Assembly: GCA_017454945.1 (NCBI GenBank)
Contig: JAFTCA010000013.1
Coordinates: forward strand, 60,505 to 124,504
Reading direction: 5' to 3'
Length of the DNA: 64,000 nucleotides
Origin: Bacteroidales bacterium
GTDB lineage: Bacteria; Bacteroidota; Bacteroidia; Bacteroidales; WCHB1-69
Shown here: positions 17,412-25,572 of the stretch, in pieces
How the letters are laid out: every line of letters starts with the position of its first letter
How positions within the stretch are numbered: the stretch's first letter is position 1
Program-made: the position numbers and the translations under genes
The notes under the pieces: model-generated
Database searches by the model: none
What the model saw: the letters and a program-made list of their open reading frames with translations, nothing else
What the model was told of the DNA's origin: nothing

Positions 17412-18773
17412 ATGAGAAAAAAGCGATTTTTTCTTTTCGTAATGATATGTCTTTGTGGCTATCCTCTTATGGCACAGTCTATTCGAGGTGGCGTGGAGTG
17501 CAATGCCGACTTGTCTTATTCGGTTCAGAGCAGTCGGGATTACACCTATCGTAAACTTCGGAATGAAGGGATTGAAACGATGGCCCGCCAGCTGGATGTG
17601 CTTCGTGTGCCCATCCGTCCGTTCAAAGCCATTATCACTGGGCATATCGGGCGGCATCATTTTGAGTTGAATCAAGGCAAAAATCGCCTTAGAAAGACCA
17701 CTTTCCGTGCTGTCTTCTTTACCTATCCCTCTGTTGCACCCAATGGTGAGCCCGTGATGCTTTCGGGGTTGGTTACATTTCCTGTGTTGCAGGAGAATAA
17801 ACCTTCTCAAATGCTGATTTACCATCGCATTTCGGCCCCCAGCTATTCGATAGCACCTTCCAACAGTCTGCCGTTTGAAGCGGTGCTTACGGCTGATAAC
17901 ACTATCTGCGTGTTCCCGGATTATTATGGTTGTGGCGTTACTGAAGGTAAACCGCTGCCGTTCATTGCGCTTAACTATCACGCCCAATGTGCCGCCGATT
18001 GTGCGCTGGCTGCGCTCAAAGTGGTGCAGGATGCGGGCATAGCGCTGGCTGACGATTTCCATACTTGGAACACGGGCTATAGTCAGGGTGCTGGCTATGC
18101 TTTGGCAACGCAGCGGTACATCGAGACTTCGTTGGCCGATAGTTTGGCAAAACGCATTAATCTGCGTTGGAGTTTGTGTGGCGGCGGCATATATACGCCC
18201 ATGAACCTATATGAGTACTCTGTACTGAATCGGGAAATGGGCAGCACACCGATGGTATTCGTGCAAGGACTACGTAGCCTTTTCAATGGCCACAAAGAAC
18301 GTATGGACACGCTGTGCTTGAACAACTTTCTCTCAGTAAAATCTTTCGAGTGGGGATTGGACAGCATCTTTAACGCCTACGACGACGGCCTTTGGGACCT
18401 TTCTGTCAAGGTGGAACGTATCACAGAGAGTCATGATCCCGCCGACTATTTCCATCCCGCCACATTGGACACTACAACGGCACTTTACCACAAGCTGGTC
18501 GAGGTTTTCGGCTTGGATGACTGTATCGAGAATTGGCAGCCGCAAGTTCCCGTGGTGATGTACCACTCGAAAAACGACAATTGCATACCGTATCCACTTG
18601 CCGTACAGGCATATAACAAGCTATCCGGCTCTTTCGACAAGTGTGTCCTCTATTCTCCGCCCACGAACAAGTCGCATGTTTATACGAGTGTCTTCTTTTT
18701 CGCCAAACTGCTCCGCCTCAACGAAGACGAACTGTATAAGAAGTTTGTTATCAAGCAAAAGGGGAAACGATAG
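17412..18773 (+). CDS. Secreted alpha/beta-hydrolase (lipase-like)
   Basis: Signal peptide, nucleophile elbow GYSQGAGYA, and later HSKNDNCIP / KSH candidates for the Asp and His of the triad. Confidence 0.5.
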   Translation: MRKKRFFLFVMICLCGYPLMAQSIRGGVECNADLSYSVQSSRDYTYRKLRNEGIETMARQLDVLRVPIRPFKAIITGHIGRHHFELNQGKNRLRKTTFRAVFFTYPSVAPNGEPVMLSGLVTFPVLQENKPSQMLIYHRISAPSYSIAPSNSLPFEAVLTADNTICVFPDYYGCGVTEGKPLPFIALNYHAQCAADCALAALKVVQDAGIALADDFHTWNTGYSQGAGYALATQRYIETSLADSLAKRINLRWSLCGGGIYTPMNLYEYSVLNREMGSTPMVFVQGLRSLFNGHKERMDTLCLNNFLSVKSFEWGLDSIFNAYDDGLWDLSVKVERITESHDPADYFHPATLDTTTALYHKLVEVFGLDDCIENWQPQVPVVMYHSKNDNCIPYPLAVQAYNKLSGSFDKCVLYSPPTNKSHVYTSVFFFAKLLRLNEDELYKKFVIKQKGKR

Positions 18774-18847
18774 AAACTACAACAAATATATTGAAAATCA
18801 AAAATTTCCCAATTTGGTTCATCGGTATTGGGTCTGTGACGAAGTAC

Positions 18848-19498
18848 TCAATCATGAATCACAACCCCCGGAATTTTATCAATAAAATTGTATATGGCCT
18901 CGATGACACGGAATAGTAGATGGTCGGGATAGAAGATATGTGCGTCAATCAGTTGTTTTCTTATTGAATTGAACATAGTGTCGTAATCAAAATAGCCACC
19001 TACACCAATTTCATCATCCCAATAATGTTCAAATGCTTCATTGATATGTTCCCAAATCCAATCGGGAAGTGCAAAATCAATCTGATTCATAACAGCTTGG
19101 TGAATGATGGGTTCGGAAAAGGCATATTCTTGATAAGGAGAAACCATTTTTATCCCTTTTGAGTTTTCCTTGCTAACCTTTAATTCCAATTGTTTTTTGT
19201 CCTCTTTTATCTTGGCTTTAGAGTACAATTCATTGGTTTTATCAAGGTCTTTTCCAACGCCAATATCATTCTTATAGCATCCTCCTAAACAGAATTCTTC
19301 AGGTTCATAATCTTGATCAGCGGATTTAGTCAACCATTCTACCGCTATGATTTCATCCTTATCAACTCCAGTCTCATCTTGATTGATCAAGCCCAAGAAA
19401 AATTGGGCCACCTTGTTATCTTGCTCTGCCAACACTTTCAGTTCATTTAGGGTCAATTCCTTGCAAGAAATGACTTTATTTCGAGTGCTGTTTTTCAT
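18848..19498 (-). CDS. Sel1-like repeat protein with uncharacterised acidic/aromatic C-terminal domain
   Basis: Sel1-type repeats (AQFFLGLINQDETGVDKDEIIAVEWLTKSA; CLGGCYKNDIGVGKDLDKTNELYSKA). No signal peptide. AT-rich. Starts 5 nt after the upstream gene. Confidence 0.5.
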   Translation of the reverse strand: MKNSTRNKVISCKELTLNELKVLAEQDNKVAQFFLGLINQDETGVDKDEIIAVEWLTKSADQDYEPEEFCLGGCYKNDIGVGKDLDKTNELYSKAKIKEDKKQLELKVSKENSKGIKMVSPYQEYAFSEPIIHQAVMNQIDFALPDWIWEHINEAFEHYWDDEIGVGGYFDYDTMFNSIRKQLIDAHIFYPDHLLFRVIEAIYNFIDKIPGVVIHD

Positions 19499-19503
19499 AC
19501 TTT

Positions 19504-20334
19504 CTATGCTTTAGGATTCCACGAAATACAATTCAGTGCGCCGCCTTTGCGTACAACTTCCAATGCCGGTACACCAACCACTTTGCACTGCGGCATTGCC
19601 TCCGTAATCTGTTGCAACGCTTGTTCGTCCTCTGGGATCCCTAACTGTGGTACGAGTGCTAATTGGCCGATTTGCAGATAGTTGATGTACGACCAGCTGC
19701 GCTTGTGCTGCCGTTTTACATTGTATTTCAGAACAGTAACATTAAGATATTTTTCCAAAATCCGCAGAAAATCTTGTGCAAAAATCTTATCAAAATCGTT
19801 GTAGTTGGTCATCAGCACGCGGTTGTCCCCCAAGTAATGGATGATGCCGTCGCTGTGCCCATACTTCTCGTTTTTGTCCCACGGCAGGAAAACGATGTTG
19901 CACTGAAACGCCTCTTCCAGAAGCCGTTGCACCTCATTGCGTGACTTGTCGTTGTTCTCTGCAAACACTTTCTCCGTCATCACGATCTTGTTGCCACATT
20001 TGACTACATTGCCGCCATCGAGTACCAAGTCAAAAGTCACCAAATCTGCCTGATGAAGAAAATCAATGTTTCCTACTTTGTTCACGTCAGTGATGTATCG
20101 TCGAGATTGTTTGGCTTGCAGGTAATCAGGATTGTATTTGTAGAACACGAAACGTTTCTCGCTTATCTGAATCGGCATATAATCGCGACACCAGATGTCG
20201 TTGGTGCTCGATAAGAGTTGATGATGTATATGATTGTCGTTCAGAATAATGCTGATGCTTTGATAAAGGGTAGGGCAGACGGATGGCAACCATTCAGAGA
20301 AGAAGACGGTGTTGGTAAGGGAGTCGGTGAGCAT
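19504..20334 (-). CDS. Agmatine deiminase / Porphyromonas-type peptidylarginine deiminase family (guanidino-modifying enzyme superfamily) protein, compact form
   Basis: Ordered family motifs: DIWCRDYMP (W-x-RD), LDGGNVVKCGNKIVMTEK, GHSDGIIHYLGD, and C-terminal GGALNCISW with a candidate catalytic Cys. Only 276 aa. Confidence 0.65.
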   Translation of the reverse strand: MLTDSLTNTVFFSEWLPSVCPTLYQSISIILNDNHIHHQLLSSTNDIWCRDYMPIQISEKRFVFYKYNPDYLQAKQSRRYITDVNKVGNIDFLHQADLVTFDLVLDGGNVVKCGNKIVMTEKVFAENNDKSRNEVQRLLEEAFQCNIVFLPWDKNEKYGHSDGIIHYLGDNRVLMTNYNDFDKIFAQDFLRILEKYLNVTVLKYNVKRQHKRSWSYINYLQIGQLALVPQLGIPEDEQALQQITEAMPQCKVVGVPALEVVRKGGALNCISWNPKA

Positions 20335-20343
20335 GATTAATAA

Positions 20344-20988
20344 TTATATTTGTTCTTCTCTTGTAAAACTCCATTTACGATCGCATTTCTCCTTTTTTGT
20401 GTTTATGTATTCCCATTCACTTTCAGATTTGAATACATTTTGACGAGGTTTTCCTAGAACTTTTTTTACATCTTTGGATTCTTCCTCCCATGATATGTCA
20501 TTATTATTTCCAAAGGCGAAACCGTTCAATAATGCATAAAGATAGGTTGATTGATAGTTATAGTGGTATTCTTTAGATTTTTCAAATTTTTTCTTTGCTT
20601 TATTCCATACTAAATACTCTCCATTTTTGTCCTTTACTTCATAAGTGCGAATCAAAGCTGACGCTCTATATTCGCCAGATTTTTCAAAGGTGATATCAAA
20701 GCCTGAGTTGTGCGCATGTATACTCATGAAAGGGAAATATGGAGCTTGCTCCAGATCTCTTCCATTGCGATGATATACAATAGGATCATGAACTCCATTA
20801 TATTTCTCACTGTGAAAATAAAATTCTACAGTTCGAATATATATTTTAAAATCGTCACGTACATTTATATAACCACTATAAAGAAATACGGGTGCGAGTT
20901 CTTCAAAACTCTTTTGAATGTCGTCAAATTTAGACTCTCCGTTAATGTTCTCATTAAATTCTTTCAATTTTTCAATTAGTTTTTCCAT
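20344..20988 (-). CDS. Hypothetical protein; possible divergent AAG/MPG-type (3-methyladenine) DNA-glycosylase fold
   Basis: Clean 214-aa ORF at about 30% G+C, with a TACCTTTG box 70 nt upstream. Ordered resemblance to Pur_DNA_glyco motifs (ELAPVFL; TVEFYFH vs ETEAY; DPIVYHRNGR vs DxAxHxxxxRT; ALIRTYEV vs VLIRAxEP). Judged by eye only. Confidence 0.4.
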   Translation of the reverse strand: MEKLIEKLKEFNENINGESKFDDIQKSFEELAPVFLYSGYINVRDDFKIYIRTVEFYFHSEKYNGVHDPIVYHRNGRDLEQAPYFPFMSIHAHNSGFDITFEKSGEYRASALIRTYEVKDKNGEYLVWNKAKKKFEKSKEYHYNYQSTYLYALLNGFAFGNNNDISWEEESKDVKKVLGKPRQNVFKSESEWEYINTKKEKCDRKWSFTREEQI

Positions 20989-21057
20989 AACTTAATTTTT
21001 TAATAGATTAATAATATAATTGTTTCAAAATGTGATGGTTAATCAAGTTTTTCGGTG

Positions 21058-21065
21058 CAAAGGTA
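21058..21065 (-). promoter_or_regulatory. Bacteroidota -7 promoter box for the 20988-18848 operon
   Basis: TACCTTTG on the minus strand, 70 nt upstream of the start at 20988. Confidence 0.4.
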
Positions 21066-21200
21066 TAATGGTTCATCGATCAAACCAAATTTTTTATGTT
21101 AAGATTTGTTAAGATTCTAGAAAAAGTTGTTATTTAAAGTTATTTACTAAAATAGAGTATTTTATGCTGTTTTTGAAAAATAATAGTCTTTACTTTTTCC

Positions 21201-21208
21201 GTACCTTT
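21201..21208 (+). promoter_or_regulatory. Bacteroidota -7 promoter box
   Basis: TACCTTTG, 24 nt upstream of the ATG at 21232. Confidence 0.45.
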
Positions 21209-21231
21209 GCCAGCGCATAACTACATGATAT

Positions 21232-21384
21232 CATGAACTGGACCATTGTCATTATCGAGACCATTGTTATGACTGCTGCTTTTACGGCGATGATTCTCAT
21301 CCCGCTTCTTAAAAATCCTGTGTGGTGGATTCATGATTATCCGCAAGATATTCATTCGTTGATAGTATCAGAATATGGAGTTTA
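21232..21384 (+). CDS. Possible 50-aa membrane ORF (MNWTIVIIETIVMTAAFTAMILIPLLKNPVWWIHDYPQDIHSLIVSEYGV), or remnant of a longer membrane protein
   Basis: Below the ORF-track cutoff. ATG lies 24 nt after the TACCTTTG box at 21201. One TM helix. Its end overlaps the next gene's start. Confidence 0.2.
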
Positions 21385-22124
21385 AGACATTTGGAAGCGA
21401 TAATAAACCAACACTGCTGCTGCTGCCTGGCTTGGGCGTTTCGCACGAGATTTTCTTGCCGCTGGTGGAACTGCTGAAAGAGAGATTCCTCATCATTACA
21501 GCGGATATCGACGGCTTCTTGCTTGACAAACCTTCCCGCTTCACCTCCGTTGACGACCAAGCCGCGCAGGCCATTCGCTATGTGCAAGAGCACTATGGCG
21601 GACAGCTGGATGTCGCTTATGGCTTGTCGCTGGGTGGAAAGATTCTTTCGCGGATGTTGGAGCGAAACGAAATAGTTGTCGGTCATGCTATTATGGATGC
21701 TGCGCCACTGCTGCCGTTGCCCAACTGGAGTGTGGCTCCGTTGCGCTATTATCAGGCCTTCAACGTGTGGACCTGCTACCACTGGACTGGCTTCTGGCGA
21801 CGGCTGTTCCATTCGCACTATTTTGATGTGCTGCTTGACGAAGTGAAGAAGGTCTATCCGTCAGGAAAGACCCGCGCTGTACTTGATGGTTATAAGTCGG
21901 TATATACCAGTAAATTGGAATCTGTTAGCGGCAATGATATCCACTTCTGGTACGGCACCAAGGAGGCGTTTGTGGCTAAGCCGCAAGTCAAGCATCTGCT
22001 GTCGTTATGCCCGAATGCGCAAGTGGAAGTGTTCCCGAAGATGAACCACGGTCAGCTGCTGGTGGACCATCCCGAAGAGGTGGCGCAAAGGATTATTTCT
22101 TTGATCCAAAATGGAATATCGTAG
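21375..22124 (+). CDS. Alpha/beta hydrolase
   Basis: LLLPGLGVSHEIF oxyanion region, nucleophile elbow YGLSLGGK, C-terminal NHGQL (His). Confidence 0.7.
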   Translation: MEFKTFGSDNKPTLLLLPGLGVSHEIFLPLVELLKERFLIITADIDGFLLDKPSRFTSVDDQAAQAIRYVQEHYGGQLDVAYGLSLGGKILSRMLERNEIVVGHAIMDAAPLLPLPNWSVAPLRYYQAFNVWTCYHWTGFWRRLFHSHYFDVLLDEVKKVYPSGKTRAVLDGYKSVYTSKLESVSGNDIHFWYGTKEAFVAKPQVKHLLSLCPNAQVEVFPKMNHGQLLVDHPEEVAQRIISLIQNGIS

Positions 22125-22127
22125 TTT

Positions 22128-23108
22128 ATGTTCGTAGGTGAGTTGATTTCTCTGGGTGTTGCCCTTGCGTGGACCGCCACCGCTTTGTTTGCCGAAGTGG
22201 GCTCAAAACACATGGGATCGCTGTCGTTCAACATCATGCGAATGACGATGTCGCTGCTGTTCCTCGTTCTGACGCTCTGGCTGGTGATGGGTGTGCCATA
22301 TCCGCGCTATGCCGACGCCGGCACGTGGGCTTGGATGCTGATGTCGGGGCTGGTGGGCTATGTCATTGGCGACTACTGCCTGATGCAAGGCTATATTTAC
22401 ATAGGCTCACGTTTCGGGCAGCTCTTCATGACCCTTTCGGCACCCACTGCGGCCATCACTGGACGCATTCTCCTCGGTGAGCAGATGCGCCCAATTGCAA
22501 TCCTCGGCATGGTCATCACTTTGAGCGGCATCGCCCTGTCGGTTCTCTCGAAAAGTGATTCTGCAGAGCATCACGGATTGCATTTCAAACTGCCCGCGAA
22601 AGGCATTTTCTTTGCAGTAATGGCCGGTGTTGGTCAGGGCTTTGGCTTGGTGCTCAGTAAGATGGGACTACAGCACTATGATGCGGCACTCGCAGCGCTC
22701 AACATCTCGCAAGATGCCGTCTTTGAGGGTGCGCTATTGCCGCTGCCAGTCAGCCTTTGCGTGCCTTTCGCCGCCACCACCATTCGCACTTATATCGGAC
22801 TGCTTGGCTTTTTCTTGTCGCTGATGCTCTTTACCAAGGATGGCCTGGCGCAGCTGAAAAGTGCCGTCAGCGACCGTAAGGCCATGTGGTGTGCGTTGGG
22901 TTCCACCATCTTCGGACCGTTTGTCGGGGTTAGCGCATCACTGTTGGCAACACAATACACCGCCACTGGCATCGCTCAGACGCTCTTTGCCCTGACCCCC
23001 ATCCTCATCATCGCTCCGGCAGCCTTTCTGTTTCATCAGAAAGTGACTGTGCGAGAAGTTGTTGGCGCCATTATCAGTGTGGTAGGGGTGAGCCTTTTCT
23101 TCCTGTAG
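22128..23108 (+). CDS. EamA/DMT-superfamily transporter
   Basis: Ten TM segments in two EamA-like halves, with Gly-rich helix ends. Confidence 0.7.
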   Translation: MFVGELISLGVALAWTATALFAEVGSKHMGSLSFNIMRMTMSLLFLVLTLWLVMGVPYPRYADAGTWAWMLMSGLVGYVIGDYCLMQGYIYIGSRFGQLFMTLSAPTAAITGRILLGEQMRPIAILGMVITLSGIALSVLSKSDSAEHHGLHFKLPAKGIFFAVMAGVGQGFGLVLSKMGLQHYDAALAALNISQDAVFEGALLPLPVSLCVPFAATTIRTYIGLLGFFLSLMLFTKDGLAQLKSAVSDRKAMWCALGSTIFGPFVGVSASLLATQYTATGIAQTLFALTPILIIAPAAFLFHQKVTVREVVGAIISVVGVSLFFL

Positions 23109-23186
23109 AGGATGCTTAAATGTGGATGATGTCAATTGGCAGAATTGCGTTTTGCTGCTTCATTTGCGGGGAAACTTTAAAAGTTG

Positions 23187-23194
23187 TATCTTTG
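23187..23194 (+). promoter_or_regulatory. Bacteroidota -7 promoter box
   Basis: TATCTTTG, 20 nt upstream of the ATG at 23214. Confidence 0.5.
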
Positions 23195-23213
23195 TGTTTT
23201 CATAATTTTAGAA

Positions 23214-23714
23214 ATGAACAAGATAAAAGAAACATTCGGTTATGCACTTGGGTTTGTGCTCTTCGTGGTGTTGCTACCTCTACTGATGTGGATATGCTCC
23301 AAAATGCCAGCCTTAAGTTGGCCGCATCCAGTTTTGACAGCTATTATTCCCTTCTGTCTCTTTATGGGACTGGGACTGAGCATCTGGGCCATTGTCTATA
23401 TGCGTCGTGTGGGTGATGGTAATCCGATGGATGCTTTCGGACACGAGGTCGCTCCGCGCACCAAGCATCTGATGACCAAAGGGCCTTACCATCTTAGTCG
23501 CAATCCAATGTTGACGGGTATATTTCTCTATCTGATAGGCTGTTGCCTCTGGTTGTGCACGTGGCAGTCAGTGCTGGTGTTCGTCGTCTTTGTGGTTATT
23601 ATGCTTGTGCAGGTGCGTACCGAGGAGGAACGCCTCCGTCGCGATTTCGGCGAAGAATACGAGCAGTATTGCAAGACGACTGGTCGTTTTTTGCCTTTTA
23701 AGCTGAAGAGATAA
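23214..23714 (+). CDS. Isoprenylcysteine carboxyl methyltransferase (ICMT)/phospholipid methyltransferase-family membrane protein
   Basis: Motif LMTKGPYHLSRNPMLTG plus EE..L...FG.EY near the C-terminus. ATG at 23214, after the TATCTTTG box at 23187. Confidence 0.7.
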   Translation: MNKIKETFGYALGFVLFVVLLPLLMWICSKMPALSWPHPVLTAIIPFCLFMGLGLSIWAIVYMRRVGDGNPMDAFGHEVAPRTKHLMTKGPYHLSRNPMLTGIFLYLIGCCLWLCTWQSVLVFVVFVVIMLVQVRTEEERLRRDFGEEYEQYCKTTGRFLPFKLKR

Positions 23715-23752
23715 TTTCCGCGTTATCTGCGGGAGAATTTAATCCTATAAAA

Positions 23753-24424
23753 ATGAATACCAAACTCTTTATACAAGCCTTGACTAAGTTCCTTGCCGGA
23801 TTGCTGCTGGTAGGAGTGTTGCTCTTTGTGCCTGCGGGCACTTTCGCCTACTGGCAGGCGTGGCTGTTCATCGCGCTGCTCTTTGTGCCGATGTTCATCG
23901 CCGGCCTCGTGCTGATGCTTCGTCAACCGGAGCTGTTGCGCAAACGTTTGGATGCCAAAGAAAAACAGGATGCGCAGAAGTGGGTGGTCGCACTGAGCGG
24001 CCTCATGTTTCTCGCCATGTTTGTGGTGGCAGGACTTAACCATCGCTTCCAGTGGTGCCTGTTGCCCGATTGGGCGGTATTTGTAGCTGCTGTGCTGTTC
24101 TTGCTGGGCTATGCGCTCTATGCCGAAGTGCTGCGTGAGAATGTCTGGCTTTCGCGAACCATCGAGGTGCAAGAGCATCAGAAGGTCATCGACACTGGCC
24201 TTTACGGCATCGTGCGTCATCCTATGTATGCCGCCACATTACTGCTATTCCTGGCCATGCCGCTGGTGCTGGCATCACTATGGTCATTCCTGATTATGCT
24301 GCTCTACATTCCCATCATCGCCAAGCGCATCAGAAACGAAGAAGCCGTCCTGGAACAAGGTTTGGAGGGCTATAAGGAATATAAAGAACGGGTGAAGTAT
24401 AAGGTGATACCATTCATTTGGTAG
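23753..24424 (+). CDS. ICMT/phospholipid methyltransferase-family membrane protein (second, divergent paralogue)
   Basis: Motif VIDTGLYGIVRHPMYAA plus EEAVLEQGLEGYKEY. Confidence 0.7.
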   Translation: MNTKLFIQALTKFLAGLLLVGVLLFVPAGTFAYWQAWLFIALLFVPMFIAGLVLMLRQPELLRKRLDAKEKQDAQKWVVALSGLMFLAMFVVAGLNHRFQWCLLPDWAVFVAAVLFLLGYALYAEVLRENVWLSRTIEVQEHQKVIDTGLYGIVRHPMYAATLLLFLAMPLVLASLWSFLIMLLYIPIIAKRIRNEEAVLEQGLEGYKEYKERVKYKVIPFIW

Positions 24425-24459
24425 TAAAAATCTTTAGTTTAGCATACCGAAAAATATCT

Positions 24460-24467
24460 TATTTTTG
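24460..24467 (+). promoter_or_regulatory. Bacteroidota -7 promoter box
   Basis: TATTTTTG, 28 nt upstream of the surE ATG. Confidence 0.5.
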
Positions 24468-24494
24468 CATTTTTAACATTGATTAAGATTTGAC

Positions 24495-25274
24495 ATGGAT
24501 AATACTACTCAAAAGCCTCTGATACTGATAACTAACGACGATGGATATGAGGCTAAAGGACTTGCTTCTTTGGTTACTGTGGCCCGTGAATTCGGCGAAG
24601 TGGTAGTGGTGGTTCCTGATGGCCCCCGCTCGGGAATGGGACATGCCATTACGATGAACATGCCTCTGAGAATTAAGAACTACAAAAACGCCGACGGCGT
24701 GCGCTACTACAAGACCAATGGCACGCCCGTCGATTGCATCAAGTTAGGACAGAAAGTGGTGCTCCGTAATCGCAAGATAGACCTCGTGCTGTCGGGAATT
24801 AACCATGGCTCCAACTCTTCGGTAAGCCTCATCTATTCGGGCACTATGGCAGCTGCTATCGAGGCCGCCTTCGAGAGTATTCCCGCCATCGGCGTGTCGC
24901 TGCTCAACTATGCCGAGGATGCCGATTTTACCACCGCCATGACCTATGCCCGCAAGATTATCGCCAAGGTGCTGAGTCATGAGTTTCCTCCCTTTATCTG
25001 CTTGAATGTCAATGTTCCCGATGTGCCTGTGGACGAAATCAAAGGCGTCAAAATCACACGCCAGACCCACGGTTTCTGGAAAGAGGACCTCGAGGAGCGC
25101 GTGGATGTCTATGGCATGAAATATTATTGGCTGACAGGCTATCTGGAAGATTTGGACCCCAATGAAGATACCTGCCAGTGGGCTTTGAAACATAATTACG
25201 TGTCGGTGCAGCCGGTGCAGTTCGATCTGACGGCACACCAATATATTGATACTCTTAAATTTATCGAAGAATGA
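24495..25274 (+). CDS. surE: 5'/3'-nucleotidase SurE
   Basis: N-terminal ILITNDDGYEAKGL, GINHGSN, YSGTMAAA. Confidence 0.9.
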   Translation: MDNTTQKPLILITNDDGYEAKGLASLVTVAREFGEVVVVVPDGPRSGMGHAITMNMPLRIKNYKNADGVRYYKTNGTPVDCIKLGQKVVLRNRKIDLVLSGINHGSNSSVSLIYSGTMAAAIEAAFESIPAIGVSLLNYAEDADFTTAMTYARKIIAKVLSHEFPPFICLNVNVPDVPVDEIKGVKITRQTHGFWKEDLEERVDVYGMKYYWLTGYLEDLDPNEDTCQWALKHNYVSVQPVQFDLTAHQYIDTLKFIEE

Positions 25275-25561
25275 TGGATAGATTGCGTCGCGACTCTCTT
25301 TGGATGGGTCTCTTTCTGGGCATCCTGCTGCCCGCCGTTCTGTTTGGCGTTCTGGAAGGCCTGCTGGCCATCGTGGAGCATTTTACGGGAAAGATAGATA
25401 TTGTTGATATTAAGAAGATTATACTCTTGAGCATTGTGCCAAACCTCTTCTTGCTACGTTATTATCTGCTTAAACTCAAGTACGACCTTACCGGTCGCGG
25501 CATTCTGGCAGCCACCTTCGTGCTGGCCATCGTCTTCGCTATCCTTGAATTTACGATTTAA
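25271..25561 (+). CDS. Small membrane protein, unknown function
   Basis: Three hydrophobic helices. ATGA overlap with the surE stop suggests translational coupling. Confidence 0.45.
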   Translation: MMDRLRRDSLWMGLFLGILLPAVLFGVLEGLLAIVEHFTGKIDIVDIKKIILLSIVPNLFLLRYYLLKLKYDLTGRGILAATFVLAIVFAILEFTI

Positions 25562-25572
25562 CCTTTTAGCCT

